A stretch of DNA of 64,000 nucleotides from an uncultured Gemmatimonadaceae bacterium (GTDB lineage: Bacteria > Gemmatimonadota > Gemmatimonadetes > Gemmatimonadales > Gemmatimonadaceae): positions 2,080,001-2,144,000 of the forward strand of contig CAVUDW010000003.1 of assembly GCA_963740355.1 (NCBI GenBank). Direction: 5' to 3'. The notes under the pieces are model-generated. The model saw only the letters and a list, made by a program, of their open reading frames with translations. It made no database searches and was not told where the DNA came from. A program made the position numbers and the translations under genes. The first letter of the stretch is position 1; every line of letters starts with the position of its first letter. Shown piece after piece: positions 9,199-19,388 of this stretch.

Positions 9199-10896
9199 AT
9201 GATGCGTCGATCGTTAGCGGTGTTTGCGGCTCTCTCGCTGGTCGGCATTGCACAGCCGACCTCGGTCGCCGCGCAGGAGAGCCGCCCGTCAGGCGAGTAC
9301 ACCGATGAAATGGATCGGTACTCGGCCGACCAGCTGGACAACCTGGTCGGCCCGATCGCCCTCTACCCCGACGCGCTGCTGGCGCAGGTCCTGGTGGCGT
9401 CGACCTTCCCCGACCAGATCGAGGAGGCCGCGCGTTTCGTGCGGGCCAATGGCACCGACGACATCGACGACCAGTCGTGGGACGTGAGCGTGAAGGCGGT
9501 GGCCCACTACCCGTCGGCCCTCAACATGATGGCCGACAAGTCCGACTGGACGACGGCGCTCGGTCGTGCCTATGCCACGCAGTCGAGCAATGTGATGGCA
9601 GCCGTGCAGCGCATGCGCGCGATGGCGGACAGCCAGGGCAACCTGCGCTCGACGTCGCAGCAGTCGGTGTCGCGCGATGACGACGACTATTACGTCATCG
9701 CTCCGGCACAGCCGCGCGTGATCTACGTGCCGGTGTACGATCCGTACTACATCTACACGCAGCCGGTCTTCGGCCTCAATTATTCGAGTCGCTACTGGTC
9801 GTTCGGCATCGGCTTCCCGATCGGTGGCTGGCTGTCATACGACTGCAACTGGCGCACCCGTGCGGTCTACTACAACGGCTGGGATGTCGGCTATTACGGC
9901 TACGCCGGTGGCTGGCGCGCCCGTTCGCGCCCGTACATCCAGATCACGAACGTGTACGTCAATCCGCGCTACCGGAACGTGTACATCAATCGTGACGTGA
10001 TCCATCGTCGCGTGGAGTACCGCAACGTGGACCGCTATCCTGGCGTGCATCGGGATACGCGCTTCGGCAGCCGTGACGCGAACTATCGCGATGGCCGCGA
10101 CCGCGGCCGCTATGACTCGCGTCGCGATGTGCCGGTGCGCGGTGGGTATGTCGGTGGTGTGCGGAACGTGCCGGATCGCGGGGGTCGGTACGACGGTCGC
10201 CAGGACAACGACCGTCGGGACAACGACCGTCGGGACAACAACCGTCAGGACAACACCGGTGGCGACCGCGGGAACAACGATCGTCGCGGCAACGCCGGCG
10301 GCATGAGCAACAACTCCGGCAACGGATCGTGGAACACCGGTCGCGACTCGCGTTCGTCCTCGGACAACGGTGGTCGCACGGTGGGTGATGGTCGCGGCGG
10401 CAGCGTCGGTGGCAGTCGTGCTGATGACGGCGGTCGCACCATCGGCGACGGTCGCGGTGGCAGCATCGGCGGCAATCGGACGGATGCCAATGGCAACTGG
10501 AATCGCGATCGCGGGCAGGACACGCCGCGCGCAATTCCGCAGAGGGCGCCGCAGCAGAACGACAATGGTGGTCGCACCATCGGTGATGGTCGCGGTGGCA
10601 GCATCGGCGGTAATCGCAGTGACGATGGCGGCGGCTGGAATCGCGGCCGCGGGCAGGATACACCGCGCGCCGTTCCGCAGCAGAACGACAATCGCGGCGG
10701 CTGGGGCCGCGATCGTGGTGCGCAGTCACAGCCGGCCCGTGCGCCTCGTGAGCAGCGCAACGAGCAGCCGATGGTGAACCCGCGTCGTGCGGAACCACAG
10801 GGCAACGACGGCGGAGGTCGTGGCAATGGCGGCGGCCGTGGCAATGATGGTGGACGTGGCGGTCAGCGCGGTGGCCGCGAGCGCCCACGGGTGTAA
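9199..10896 (+). CDS. DUF3300 domain protein with long Gly/Arg/Asp/Asn-rich low-complexity tail
   Basis: Signal peptide; QLDNLVGPIALYPDALLAQVLVASTFP, WDVSVKAV, IYVPVYDP; repetitive C-terminal half. Confidence 0.88.
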   Translation: MMRRSLAVFAALSLVGIAQPTSVAAQESRPSGEYTDEMDRYSADQLDNLVGPIALYPDALLAQVLVASTFPDQIEEAARFVRANGTDDIDDQSWDVSVKAVAHYPSALNMMADKSDWTTALGRAYATQSSNVMAAVQRMRAMADSQGNLRSTSQQSVSRDDDDYYVIAPAQPRVIYVPVYDPYYIYTQPVFGLNYSSRYWSFGIGFPIGGWLSYDCNWRTRAVYYNGWDVGYYGYAGGWRARSRPYIQITNVYVNPRYRNVYINRDVIHRRVEYRNVDRYPGVHRDTRFGSRDANYRDGRDRGRYDSRRDVPVRGGYVGGVRNVPDRGGRYDGRQDNDRRDNDRRDNNRQDNTGGDRGNNDRRGNAGGMSNNSGNGSWNTGRDSRSSSDNGGRTVGDGRGGSVGGSRADDGGRTIGDGRGGSIGGNRTDANGNWNRDRGQDTPRAIPQRAPQQNDNGGRTIGDGRGGSIGGNRSDDGGGWNRGRGQDTPRAVPQQNDNRGGWGRDRGAQSQPARAPREQRNEQPMVNPRRAEPQGNDGGGRGNGGGRGNDGGRGGQRGGRERPRV

Positions 10897-10939
10897 GCCT
10901 TCGCCTGACACGCAACCGCTGGCGAACACTTGATCTGTT

Positions 10940-10988
10940 CAGGACGGGGTGCCGCGCGATCGCGCGGCACCCCGTCCTGCTTTCTCCT
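10940..10988 (+). terminator. Intrinsic terminator candidate (perfect 40-bp palindrome)
   Basis: CAGGACGGGGTGCCGCGCGA|TCGCGCGGCACCCCGTCCTG followed by CTTTCTCC, shortly after the DUF3300 stop. Confidence 0.7.
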
Positions 10989-11009
10989 GCACGGAATACG
11001 GCGCGCTTC

Positions 11010-13097
11010 ATGGCGAGGGAGCCGTCTGCCCAGCACATTGGGGAGGTGAGCAATGCGATCTCCCTGACAACGGCCCGCAGCCTCGCGCCTGCGGCCTTTC
11101 GACGCTGGGTGCTGGGCGCAATTTCGCTCGTGGTCTTCGGGTATCTGTTGGTGACGCTGCTGGACGTGCGCGATCGCGGCTGGTCGGCAGCACTTCTCGA
11201 CCGCAACGCGCTGATGGTCGCGGTGTCGCTTGGCGCGCTGGTGATCGCGCTGCGCGGACATGAAGTCACGGCCTGCACCATGACGATCATTGCCAGCTGG
11301 CTCGAGGTCGAGACGGCGCTCCGGCTCGACCCGCACTTCCCCTCGGCCGGCATGCTGGTCCTGCCGGTGCTGGTGATCGGGATTGGACTCCTGCTCGGCA
11401 CGCGCGTCGCCTTCGTTGCGATGCTGGTCACGATCGCGACCACGATCGGGATGAGCGTGACGTCGCCAGGGCTGCAAGCCGACCCGATCACGACCGCAAG
11501 CCTGTACTGGTTCACCATGCACGCGTTCTCGATGTTCGCGGTCTGGGTGACGCTTGCACTCAGTCTCTCCGGCTTCGAGCGGGTGTATCTGGCGATGCTC
11601 GAGAACCGGCAGGACCTGGCCGACACGATCCAATTCGCCGCGGACGGCATTCTTGTGATCGATCGCCGAAACGTCGTGACGCTCACGAACCCAGCGGCGC
11701 AGTCGCTGCTTGGCTTGCCGCTCGACCAGATCGTGGCGCATCCCCTAGACAGCGTCCTCGCCGCGACAGGCGGCCAGCGCGAGCAGCTCGACGCGCTCGC
11801 ACGCGAGACGGGACCGACGCCGATCGAGTTGACGCTCGCGTACCCCGACGGCGCAGCGGTTCACATCGAGGCGACCTGGCGCGCGATGGAAGGCGGCCGT
11901 CGGCAATTGCTGCTGCGCGACATCTCACCGCGGGTCCGGGCCGAGGAAGCACGACGCGCGATGGAAGTCCAGCTGGCGCACGCGCAACGCCTCGATGCAG
12001 TGGGCCGACTGGCCGGCGGATTGTCACACGACTTCAACAACATCCTCACGGCGGTCAGTGGGTCCGCCGAGATGCTGCGGTATGAGAAGGATCCGACCGA
12101 GCGTGATGAACTGCTCGACGAGATCATTGCAGCGCGGGATCGCGGCGCGGCGCTGACGCGGCAACTGCTGGCCTTTGCGCGCCGCGAAGTCACCTCACCA
12201 CGCGTGATCGACCTCGGCGAGCATGTGCGCGGCCTCGAGCGATTGCTGCAGCGGGTGGCCGGTGACCGGCAACGGCTCCGTTTTGTGCTCGCAGAGGATT
12301 GTCGCGTGCGCGTGGATCCAGGGCAGCTGGAGCAGGCGCTCGTGAATCTGGTGGCGAACGCGCGCGATGCGATGCCCGATGGCGGCTGGTGCGCCATGAC
12401 CGTGGAGCAGGGCACCGGTGCCATGGGCGAACGCCGCGTGCTGCTGCACGTGGACGATGAAGGCATCGGTATGTCGGACGAGATCGCGCTGCGCGCCTTC
12501 GAGCCATTCTTCACCACCAAGGCACGCGGGCAGGGTACAGGCCTCGGTCTCGCGTCGGTACATGGCATGGCGGAGCAGAGCGCGGGCAGCGCGCGCCTGA
12601 TGTCGCAGCCGGGACGTGGCACCCGAGTGACGCTCGACCTGCCCTACGTTGACGAGGCGACCACGCAGCCGATCGTGGCTTCCATCACACCGGCCACGCA
12701 CACTGGCGCGCGGACCGTGTTGGTTGCGGAGGACGACAGCGGCACCCGCCGCATCGTCGAGCGTGTGCTGCAACACGCCGGTTTCGAGGTGACATCGGTG
12801 ACTGACGGCACCGAGGCGATGGCCTGCATCGAGGCGGCGAGCACGCCATTCGACGTGGTGCTCACCGACGTCATGATGCCAGGCTTCACCGGCCCTGAAA
12901 TCGCCGATCGCGTGCGTCTTCTGCACCCCGGCACTCCCGTGCTGTTGATGACCGGTTATGCAGAGGAGCAGCTTGGCGAACTGATTGGCGGTGCGTTCGA
13001 ACGTGATGTGATCACGAAGCCGTTCTCCGGTAGCGAACTGGTGGCGCGCATCGCGACACTGCTGCAGGGCCAGCCACCGGCAAGCTCGACGACCTGA
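11010..13097 (+). CDS. Membrane PAS hybrid sensor histidine kinase/response regulator
   Basis: TM region, PAS, H-box GGLSHDFNN, N-box NLVANARDAM, FEPFFTTK, GTGLGL, receiver TDVMMP. Confidence 0.9.
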   Translation: MAREPSAQHIGEVSNAISLTTARSLAPAAFRRWVLGAISLVVFGYLLVTLLDVRDRGWSAALLDRNALMVAVSLGALVIALRGHEVTACTMTIIASWLEVETALRLDPHFPSAGMLVLPVLVIGIGLLLGTRVAFVAMLVTIATTIGMSVTSPGLQADPITTASLYWFTMHAFSMFAVWVTLALSLSGFERVYLAMLENRQDLADTIQFAADGILVIDRRNVVTLTNPAAQSLLGLPLDQIVAHPLDSVLAATGGQREQLDALARETGPTPIELTLAYPDGAAVHIEATWRAMEGGRRQLLLRDISPRVRAEEARRAMEVQLAHAQRLDAVGRLAGGLSHDFNNILTAVSGSAEMLRYEKDPTERDELLDEIIAARDRGAALTRQLLAFARREVTSPRVIDLGEHVRGLERLLQRVAGDRQRLRFVLAEDCRVRVDPGQLEQALVNLVANARDAMPDGGWCAMTVEQGTGAMGERRVLLHVDDEGIGMSDEIALRAFEPFFTTKARGQGTGLGLASVHGMAEQSAGSARLMSQPGRGTRVTLDLPYVDEATTQPIVASITPATHTGARTVLVAEDDSGTRRIVERVLQHAGFEVTSVTDGTEAMACIEAASTPFDVVLTDVMMPGFTGPEIADRVRLLHPGTPVLLMTGYAEEQLGELIGGAFERDVITKPFSGSELVARIATLLQGQPPASSTT

Positions 13098-13102
13098 CGC
13101 GG

Positions 13103-13561
13103 TCAGCGCCCGCGCAGTGCTCGCGTCAGTGCCCGGTCGAGCGCATTGGAGAAGGCCTGCTTGTCACGTGCGCTGTAGCTGGCATGGCCCCCCGTCTCGA
13201 CGCCCGTGCTGCGGAGCCCTTCCATGAAGTTGCGCACGGAGAGTCGTTCACCGATCGTTTCTGCCGTGTACTCCTCGCCGCGCGGATCGATCACGATCAC
13301 GCCGTTCGGCACGAGGATCGCTGCCAGCGGGATGTCGGCCGTGACCGCCACGTCACCCGTGACTGCATTGTCCGCGATGTAGCGGTCGGCGACATCCGGT
13401 CCACCTTCGACGCGCACCGCGCGCAGTAGCAGATAGCCCACCGGGAGTTGCAGCCGCATGTTGGCGACGAGAATCGTCTCCAGCGACAGCCGTTCCGAGG
13501 CGCGGTAACAGACTTCCTTCACATCTCGCGGCGCCGCATCGGCGTCGAGCCAGAGTTTCAT
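13103..13561 (-). CDS. YaiI/YqxD family protein (DUF188)
   Basis: MKLWLDADA, DVADRYI, VTADIPLA, IDPRGEEY. Confidence 0.9.
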   Translation of the reverse strand: MKLWLDADAAPRDVKEVCYRASERLSLETILVANMRLQLPVGYLLLRAVRVEGGPDVADRYIADNAVTGDVAVTADIPLAAILVPNGVIVIDPRGEEYTAETIGERLSVRNFMEGLRSTGVETGGHASYSARDKQAFSNALDRALTRALRGR

Positions 13562-13562
13562 C

Positions 13563-15236
13563 CTACGACGGTGTCACGGTGCCGAGCACCGTCACCGCAG
13601 CGTCGAACACCACACGTTGTGGAGCGGCCCGCAATGGGAGGTCCACATCCAGCGTGAGCGATTCCTGCGCTGGAACGGCGAGCAGGCGCCGTGTGGTGCG
13701 CCCTGCGGCGTCGGTGACATCCACCGAGAGTGTGAGGCGATAGGGCGGCACACGCGTCCCCTGTCGGACCGTCACGACCAGTCGCTTCCGCGCGGCATCC
13801 CATTTCCACGAAGGCGTCAGTTCCGCGACACCGGGGCGTCGCATCCACTGCTCGAAGAACCAGTCCAGCGGCCGGCCGGCGGTCTTCTCGAACGCCGCCT
13901 GCAGGTCGCTGGTCATCGCAGTGCCGTGACGGTGCGCCGCATAATAGGAGCGGATCGCTCCAAAAAACGCCGAGTCGCCGATTTCACGACGCAGCATGTG
14001 CAGCACGAAGCCCGCCTTCTGGTAGACATTCGAGTTCAGCACCCGTGACACGTCGTCGAGCTGCTCGTTGATCACCGGCGACTGGAACGTGATCGGCGCC
14101 CTCAGCACCTGCGCCCGCATCGCCACAAGGTCGCCGCGGAAGGCACTGTCGCCGTGTGCATGCTCCGTCCAGAGTGCCGCGAAGTAGGTCGCGAAGCCCT
14201 CGGATAGCCACACATGCGGCCACTCGCGTTCCGTGACGGCATCGCCGAACCACTGGTGCGCCGTCTCGTGGGCAATCAGGCTCTCGCTCGGGCTTCCGGG
14301 ACGAAACAGCTGCTCGGCGTAGAAGATCGAGGCCGCATTCTCCATCCCGCCGTAGCGCGTGGACGACGACACGTGTGCCAGCTTCTCGTAGGGAAACGGG
14401 CCAGCGAGGCGCGAGAAGAGTGCGACGATCTCGCCCGCGCGCGTGAAGTTCCCCGGCAACACTGCCCGCTGCGCCGGACTGACCCAAACTGACTGCCGCA
14501 CACAGCCCGGCAACTCCCCCAGACCGCAGGCCGTCTCACCCAGTTCGAGCACGGCGAAGGGCGCCACACCGATCACCATCACCGCAGTGTAGATCGGACG
14601 TGCCGTACGCCAGCGCGTGCGCACCATGCGGACTGCCGTGGTCCCGCTCTCAGGCGTCTCCTCGAGCAGCTCGCCATTCGCAATCACGCGGTGCGTGGCC
14701 GGTGCCAGGACGTCCCATTCCACCAGCGCCTTGTCACTCGGGTGATCCACCACCGCCAACCACTGTCTGGCACGATTCGGGAAGTTGTCGCCGAAGGCGG
14801 TCCACGCGCGCACCGAATCACGTCGGATGATCAACCCATCTGCCGGATGGCCGCGATAGTAGACCGCCACATTCACGGTGTCATTACCGCCAGCCGGCAG
14901 CGCCACCTGCACGCTGTCACCCGATCGGGTGTAGCGCGCCTCCCGCGCATTGACGCGCACCGAGTCGACAGTCATCGCGGCGACGAGGTCGAGCGACAGT
15001 GTGCCGACGTTGCTCGCGCGTCGCGCCGTCGTCGTAGCGACGAAACGAATCGTGTCAGGCATTCCTGCGATCGAGGGGAATTCGACGCGGAACGCGTATT
15101 GCAGCACATCGATGCCAGCCCGACTGCTGCCGGTGCGACTGGCGGGCTGCTGTCCGCCCACCGGCTGGACCAGCGCGGAAGACGCCAGCAGCAGGAGGCT
15201 GGCGAGGGTCGTCTGAAGCACGTTGCCTGTTTGCAT
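13563..15236 (-). CDS. M1 family zinc aminopeptidase, exported
   Basis: GGMEN exopeptidase motif, HETAHQWFG...WLSEGFATY, VYQKAG; signal peptide. ATG 15236 preferred as start. Confidence 0.9.
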   Translation of the reverse strand: MQTGNVLQTTLASLLLLASSALVQPVGGQQPASRTGSSRAGIDVLQYAFRVEFPSIAGMPDTIRFVATTTARRASNVGTLSLDLVAAMTVDSVRVNAREARYTRSGDSVQVALPAGGNDTVNVAVYYRGHPADGLIIRRDSVRAWTAFGDNFPNRARQWLAVVDHPSDKALVEWDVLAPATHRVIANGELLEETPESGTTAVRMVRTRWRTARPIYTAVMVIGVAPFAVLELGETACGLGELPGCVRQSVWVSPAQRAVLPGNFTRAGEIVALFSRLAGPFPYEKLAHVSSSTRYGGMENAASIFYAEQLFRPGSPSESLIAHETAHQWFGDAVTEREWPHVWLSEGFATYFAALWTEHAHGDSAFRGDLVAMRAQVLRAPITFQSPVINEQLDDVSRVLNSNVYQKAGFVLHMLRREIGDSAFFGAIRSYYAAHRHGTAMTSDLQAAFEKTAGRPLDWFFEQWMRRPGVAELTPSWKWDAARKRLVVTVRQGTRVPPYRLTLSVDVTDAAGRTTRRLLAVPAQESLTLDVDLPLRAAPQRVVFDAAVTVLGTVTPS

Positions 15237-15488
15237 GCCGAGAAACCTGTCCACTGGGGACAACGGCGCAATCCGGTTGTGTCAGATCAGGCGTGTGCCG
15301 CATCTCCCCGGTGTCCTCCGGCGGCGGCCCGCGGTGGGCAGCAGTGGCACCTGCTCGTGCGTCGTGCATGACCGATGTTGCGGCGCGGCTGTTGTCTGGC
15401 GGCGGCTGCACGACCGTTGATGCAGGATGGCTGTTGTCGGCCTTTGCTCCACCCGGTACGATCTGCTTCATCACACTTCTCCACTCCC

Positions 15489-16757
15489 ATGTCACTCCCC
15501 CGCTCGTTCCATTCCGCCCTGCTGGCCGCGGCCGTTGCCGGTATCGCGCCGACGCTCGGTGCCCAGCTGGCCACTGCCCCCGTCCTGCCGCTCGGCCGGA
15601 CGCAGGACGGCACGCTCTCGCGCACCGACCCCACGCTCAACGAGAAGGGGCGTTTCCAGATCTTTCGCCTCGACGTCAAGGCTGGCCAGCGCTACTCGAT
15701 CGTGATGCGCGCCGACGACTTCGACTCGTATCTCTCGGTGGCGCGCCAGGTGAATGGCCTCACCGACTATCTGGCGTCGGATGACGACGGCGCCGGCAAC
15801 TCCAACGCGCGCCTCAAGTGGACGCCCAAGGTCGCGGGCACCTACTACCTGGTCGCCCAGTCGCTGAAGGAGGATGGACTCGGCAATTTCACCGTGCGCC
15901 TCGACACGCTGCCGGCCGTGATCATCACCCCACCGAAGATGATCGCGATGGGCGAGCCGATGTCGGGCGAGCTGACGGAGACGGATCCCGCGATCGACGA
16001 GAAGGGGGCGTACTACGACCTCTACAAGATCACGGCGCGGAAGGGACAGAAGCTGGTGATCGAGATGTCTGCCGCGGACATGGACTCGTATGTGGGCATC
16101 GGTCGGATGATCGGCGATTCGCTGAACATCGAGGAGACGGATGACGACGGCGGCGGCGACAAGAACGCGCGCCTGCGCTTCACCGTGAAGGAAGACGGCA
16201 CCTACATCATCCGCGCCCAGGCCCTCGAGGCCAACAGCACGGGCAGCTATACGCTCAAGGTCACCGAGCGCGTCACGCGGCCGGCGACCATCACCAACCT
16301 CGCCGCCAATACGCCGGTCAGCGGTGCGCTGTCGGACAGCGACGAGGAAGCCGATGACGGATCGTTCTTCGATCTCTATCGCATCACCGCCCGTGCTGGC
16401 GAGACGGTCACGTTCACCATGCGCTCGACCGACTTCGACAGCTACCTCGTGCTGGGGCAGATGATCGACGGCGAGTGGAGCCAGATCGCGTTCGACGACG
16501 ATGGGGCGGGTGGCAACAACTCGCGCCTCTCGCACACCTTCGAGGCAGCAGGTGAGTACCTGATTCGGGCCAACACGGTGGGCGCGGGCAAGACCGGGTC
16601 GTACACGCTGCGTGCCGATCGGGCCGCCGGTGGTGCCGCTCCGGCCCGTCGCCGACCGGCCAGCGAGGATGCGGCAAGCGCGGGGAGTGGCAAGGGTGAT
16701 AATCTCATAGCCTCACCCGCTGCGACCGCACCACCGCGCGCCACCCGCCGGCCCTAA
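15489..16757 (+). CDS. Secreted protein of three tandem PPC (pre-peptidase C-terminal)-like domains
   Basis: Signal peptide from MSLPRSF; three units each with (F/M)DSY..DDDG.G..N(A/S)RL....G.Y. Confidence 0.8.
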   Translation: MSLPRSFHSALLAAAVAGIAPTLGAQLATAPVLPLGRTQDGTLSRTDPTLNEKGRFQIFRLDVKAGQRYSIVMRADDFDSYLSVARQVNGLTDYLASDDDGAGNSNARLKWTPKVAGTYYLVAQSLKEDGLGNFTVRLDTLPAVIITPPKMIAMGEPMSGELTETDPAIDEKGAYYDLYKITARKGQKLVIEMSAADMDSYVGIGRMIGDSLNIEETDDDGGGDKNARLRFTVKEDGTYIIRAQALEANSTGSYTLKVTERVTRPATITNLAANTPVSGALSDSDEEADDGSFFDLYRITARAGETVTFTMRSTDFDSYLVLGQMIDGEWSQIAFDDDGAGGNNSRLSHTFEAAGEYLIRANTVGAGKTGSYTLRADRAAGGAAPARRRPASEDAASAGSGKGDNLIASPAATAPPRATRRP

Positions 16758-16771
16758 CCGTCTTTCGCTCC

Positions 16772-18463
16772 ATGCCGCCAGAGATCACCACGTACGACGC
16801 CATCGTCATCGGTTCGGGAATCTCTGGCGGCTGGGCCGCGAAGGAGCTGTGCGAAAAGGGGCTGAAGACGCTGGTGCTGGAACGCGGGCGCAGCGTGGAG
16901 CACATCAAGGACTACCCCACGATGAACACCATGCCGTGGGAGTTTCCACATCGGGGGGAGCAACCACGGGCGCTCATCGACGCCAACCCGTTGATCTCGA
17001 AATCCTCCGGATACGGCGAGGACACGGCGCATTTCTTCGTGAAGGACGCCGATCATCCGTACGAGCAGGCGAAGCCGTTCGACTGGATTCGCGGCTACCA
17101 GGTCGGCGGCAAGTCGATCCTCTGGGGGCGTGCCTGCCAGCGCTGGAGTGAACACGAGTTCGTGGCGCCGGAAAAGCTTGGCTACGGCATCAAGTGGCCC
17201 ATCGGCTACGACGACGTGAAGGACTGGTACACGCACGTCGAGCGATTCATCGGCGTCTGCGGCACGGCCGACGGCCTCGAGGCAATGCCGGACGGTGACT
17301 ACCTGCCGCCGTTCGAGTTCAACTGCGCCGAGACCCACCTGCGCGACGCGCTGAAGAAGCACTACGGCAACCGCCATGTGGTGCAGGGGCGATGGGCCCA
17401 CCTCTCGAAGCCGAAGCCGATCCACATCGAGCAGGGCCGCGGCACCTGCCAGGCTCGCAATCTCTGCATGCGGGGGTGCCCGTACGGCGGCTATTTCAGC
17501 TCCAACGCCTCCACGCTGCCATGGGCGAAGAAGACGGGGAACCTGACCATCCGTCCTGATTCCGTCGTGCATTCGATCATCTACGACGAGGCGAAGGGCA
17601 AGGCCACCGGCGTGCGTGTGATCGATGCACACAGCAAGCAGGTGCTCGAATTTTCGGCGCGGATCATCTTCCTCAATGCATCGGCGCTGAACTCGAACCT
17701 GATCCTGCTCAATTCGACCTCACCGCGGTTCCCGAGTGGACTCGGCAACGATCACGACATCCTCGGCCGATACGTCGCGCACCACAATTATCGGGCGAAG
17801 GCGAACGGCAAGTTGCCCGGATTCGAGGACCAGTACTTCTACGGCAAGAACCCGACTGAGTGCATCCTCGTCAACTTCCGCAACCTCGGCAAGCAGGACA
17901 CGGATTTCGTCGGCGGCTACACCACCTTCACCGGTGGCTATCGCACCCGCGGTGAGGCGAGCGCCACGCGGATCGGCGGCGATTTCAAGGACGCCGAGGC
18001 CAAGCCGGGGCCGTGGTGGATCTACATGTACATGCAGGGCGAGACGATCCCGAAGCGCGAGAATCACGTGCGCCTGCACGAGACGCTGACCGACCAGTGG
18101 GGCATTCCGCGACTCGTCACCTCGGTTGGCTATGACGACAACGACGAGCGGATGATCAAGGATTGGCTGGCGCAAGCCACTGAGATGCTTGGCGTTGCAG
18201 GCTGCACCGACATCACGGCCTACGACAACCATCAGGCCCCCGGCCTCGATATCCACGAGATGGGCGGATGCCGCATGGGGAGCGATCCCAAGACGTCGAT
18301 GCTGAACGAGTGGAACCAGTTGCACGCGGTGAAGAACGTCTTCGTGACCGACGGCGCCTGCATGACCTCGACCGGCAACCAGAGCCCCTCGATCCTGTAC
18401 ATGGCGCTCACCGCTCGTGCCGTGAATCACGCGGTGGGCGAAATGGCGAAGCAGAACCTCTGA
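16772..18463 (+). CDS. GMC oxidoreductase, glucoside 3-dehydrogenase (LacA-like) large subunit
   Basis: YDAIVIGSGISGGWAAKELCEKGLKTLVLERGR, CQARNLCMRGC, IHEMGGCRMG. Confidence 0.9.
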   Translation: MPPEITTYDAIVIGSGISGGWAAKELCEKGLKTLVLERGRSVEHIKDYPTMNTMPWEFPHRGEQPRALIDANPLISKSSGYGEDTAHFFVKDADHPYEQAKPFDWIRGYQVGGKSILWGRACQRWSEHEFVAPEKLGYGIKWPIGYDDVKDWYTHVERFIGVCGTADGLEAMPDGDYLPPFEFNCAETHLRDALKKHYGNRHVVQGRWAHLSKPKPIHIEQGRGTCQARNLCMRGCPYGGYFSSNASTLPWAKKTGNLTIRPDSVVHSIIYDEAKGKATGVRVIDAHSKQVLEFSARIIFLNASALNSNLILLNSTSPRFPSGLGNDHDILGRYVAHHNYRAKANGKLPGFEDQYFYGKNPTECILVNFRNLGKQDTDFVGGYTTFTGGYRTRGEASATRIGGDFKDAEAKPGPWWIYMYMQGETIPKRENHVRLHETLTDQWGIPRLVTSVGYDDNDERMIKDWLAQATEMLGVAGCTDITAYDNHQAPGLDIHEMGGCRMGSDPKTSMLNEWNQLHAVKNVFVTDGACMTSTGNQSPSILYMALTARAVNHAVGEMAKQNL

Positions 18464-18477
18464 CCAGGCGACCCACG

Positions 18478-19056
18478 ATGACTGCGATGAATCGTCGAGA
18501 TGCGGTGAAGACCGCCGGGCTGCTGCTGGGTGGTGCCGTTGCGGTGTCGAGCGGGTTGTTGTCCGCCTGCAGCAGCGAGAAGAAGGCTGCGCCGTCCGTG
18601 CCTGATGCCGTGCCCACCGTGAAGAAGGCGTCGCTGGTGCTCACGGCGGCAGATCAAGCACTGATGGAGGCGGTCGCGGACACGATCCTGCCCGACACGC
18701 CAGCGTCGCCAGGAGCGAAGGCCGCGGGTGCGGGTGCCGCGATCAACCTGCTGCTCAGCGACTGTTATGAACCGCCCGCGCACAAACGCGCGATCGACGG
18801 CCTGGCAGTGCTCCGTCAGCGCAGCGCGACCTTCGCCTCGCTGCCGCAGCCCGCTCGCGGAGCGTTGCTGCGCACGATCGACGCGGAAGCGAAGCAGGCC
18901 GGCGACACCCACTGGTTCCACCTGCTCCACGAGCTCTCGCTGAAGGCGTATTTCTCGTCCGAGATCGGCATGACCAAGGCCCTCCGATACGTCCGCGAAC
19001 CCGGTCACTTCAAGGGCTGCGTGAAGCTCACGCCCGGCCAGCCGGCATGGGCGTGA
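18478..19056 (+). CDS. Gluconate 2-dehydrogenase subunit 3 family (Tat small subunit, possible lipoprotein)
   Basis: NRRDAV motif, LSAC lipobox, TILPDTPASPGA, YFSSEIG, PGQPAWA. Start at ATG 18478 rather than the ORF-track 18268. Confidence 0.85.
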   Translation: MTAMNRRDAVKTAGLLLGGAVAVSSGLLSACSSEKKAAPSVPDAVPTVKKASLVLTAADQALMEAVADTILPDTPASPGAKAAGAGAAINLLLSDCYEPPAHKRAIDGLAVLRQRSATFASLPQPARGALLRTIDAEAKQAGDTHWFHLLHELSLKAYFSSEIGMTKALRYVREPGHFKGCVKLTPGQPAWA

Positions 19057-19064
19057 ACACGCTC

Positions 19065-19350
19065 CGCTTGCAGTTGCCGTTCCCCAAGCCTTGCAAGATG
19101 TTTCGGTGAACGGCGATGCGTACCACGCTGTTGAACTCTCTGCGCCTCCGCGCCACTGCGTTTCGGTCTGGCTGTTGTCGTTTCGTTCTGGCCGTCGCCG
19201 TTTTGCGGGCCGTTGGCCGTTTTGCGGCCGTTGCAGTATCGCGCTTTGCTGTTTTGCGTCAAGGCAGTTGAACATGCCGTTGCCCTGCTGTTCCGCGGCA
19301 GTTCTGTTCTGCGGCTGTGCCGTTCTGCGTTAATGCAGTTGCAGTAGCCG
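19065..19350. repeat. Strand-biased low-complexity intergenic tract of GCNGTT units
   Basis: Many GCCGTT/GCAGTT/GCTGTT hexamers, A-poor top strand, one CTCTGCGCCTCCGCG motif. Confidence 0.6.
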
Positions 19351-19388
19351 AAGGCGAAGATATGTGACTTCCGTTCAGGAGAACGTTC

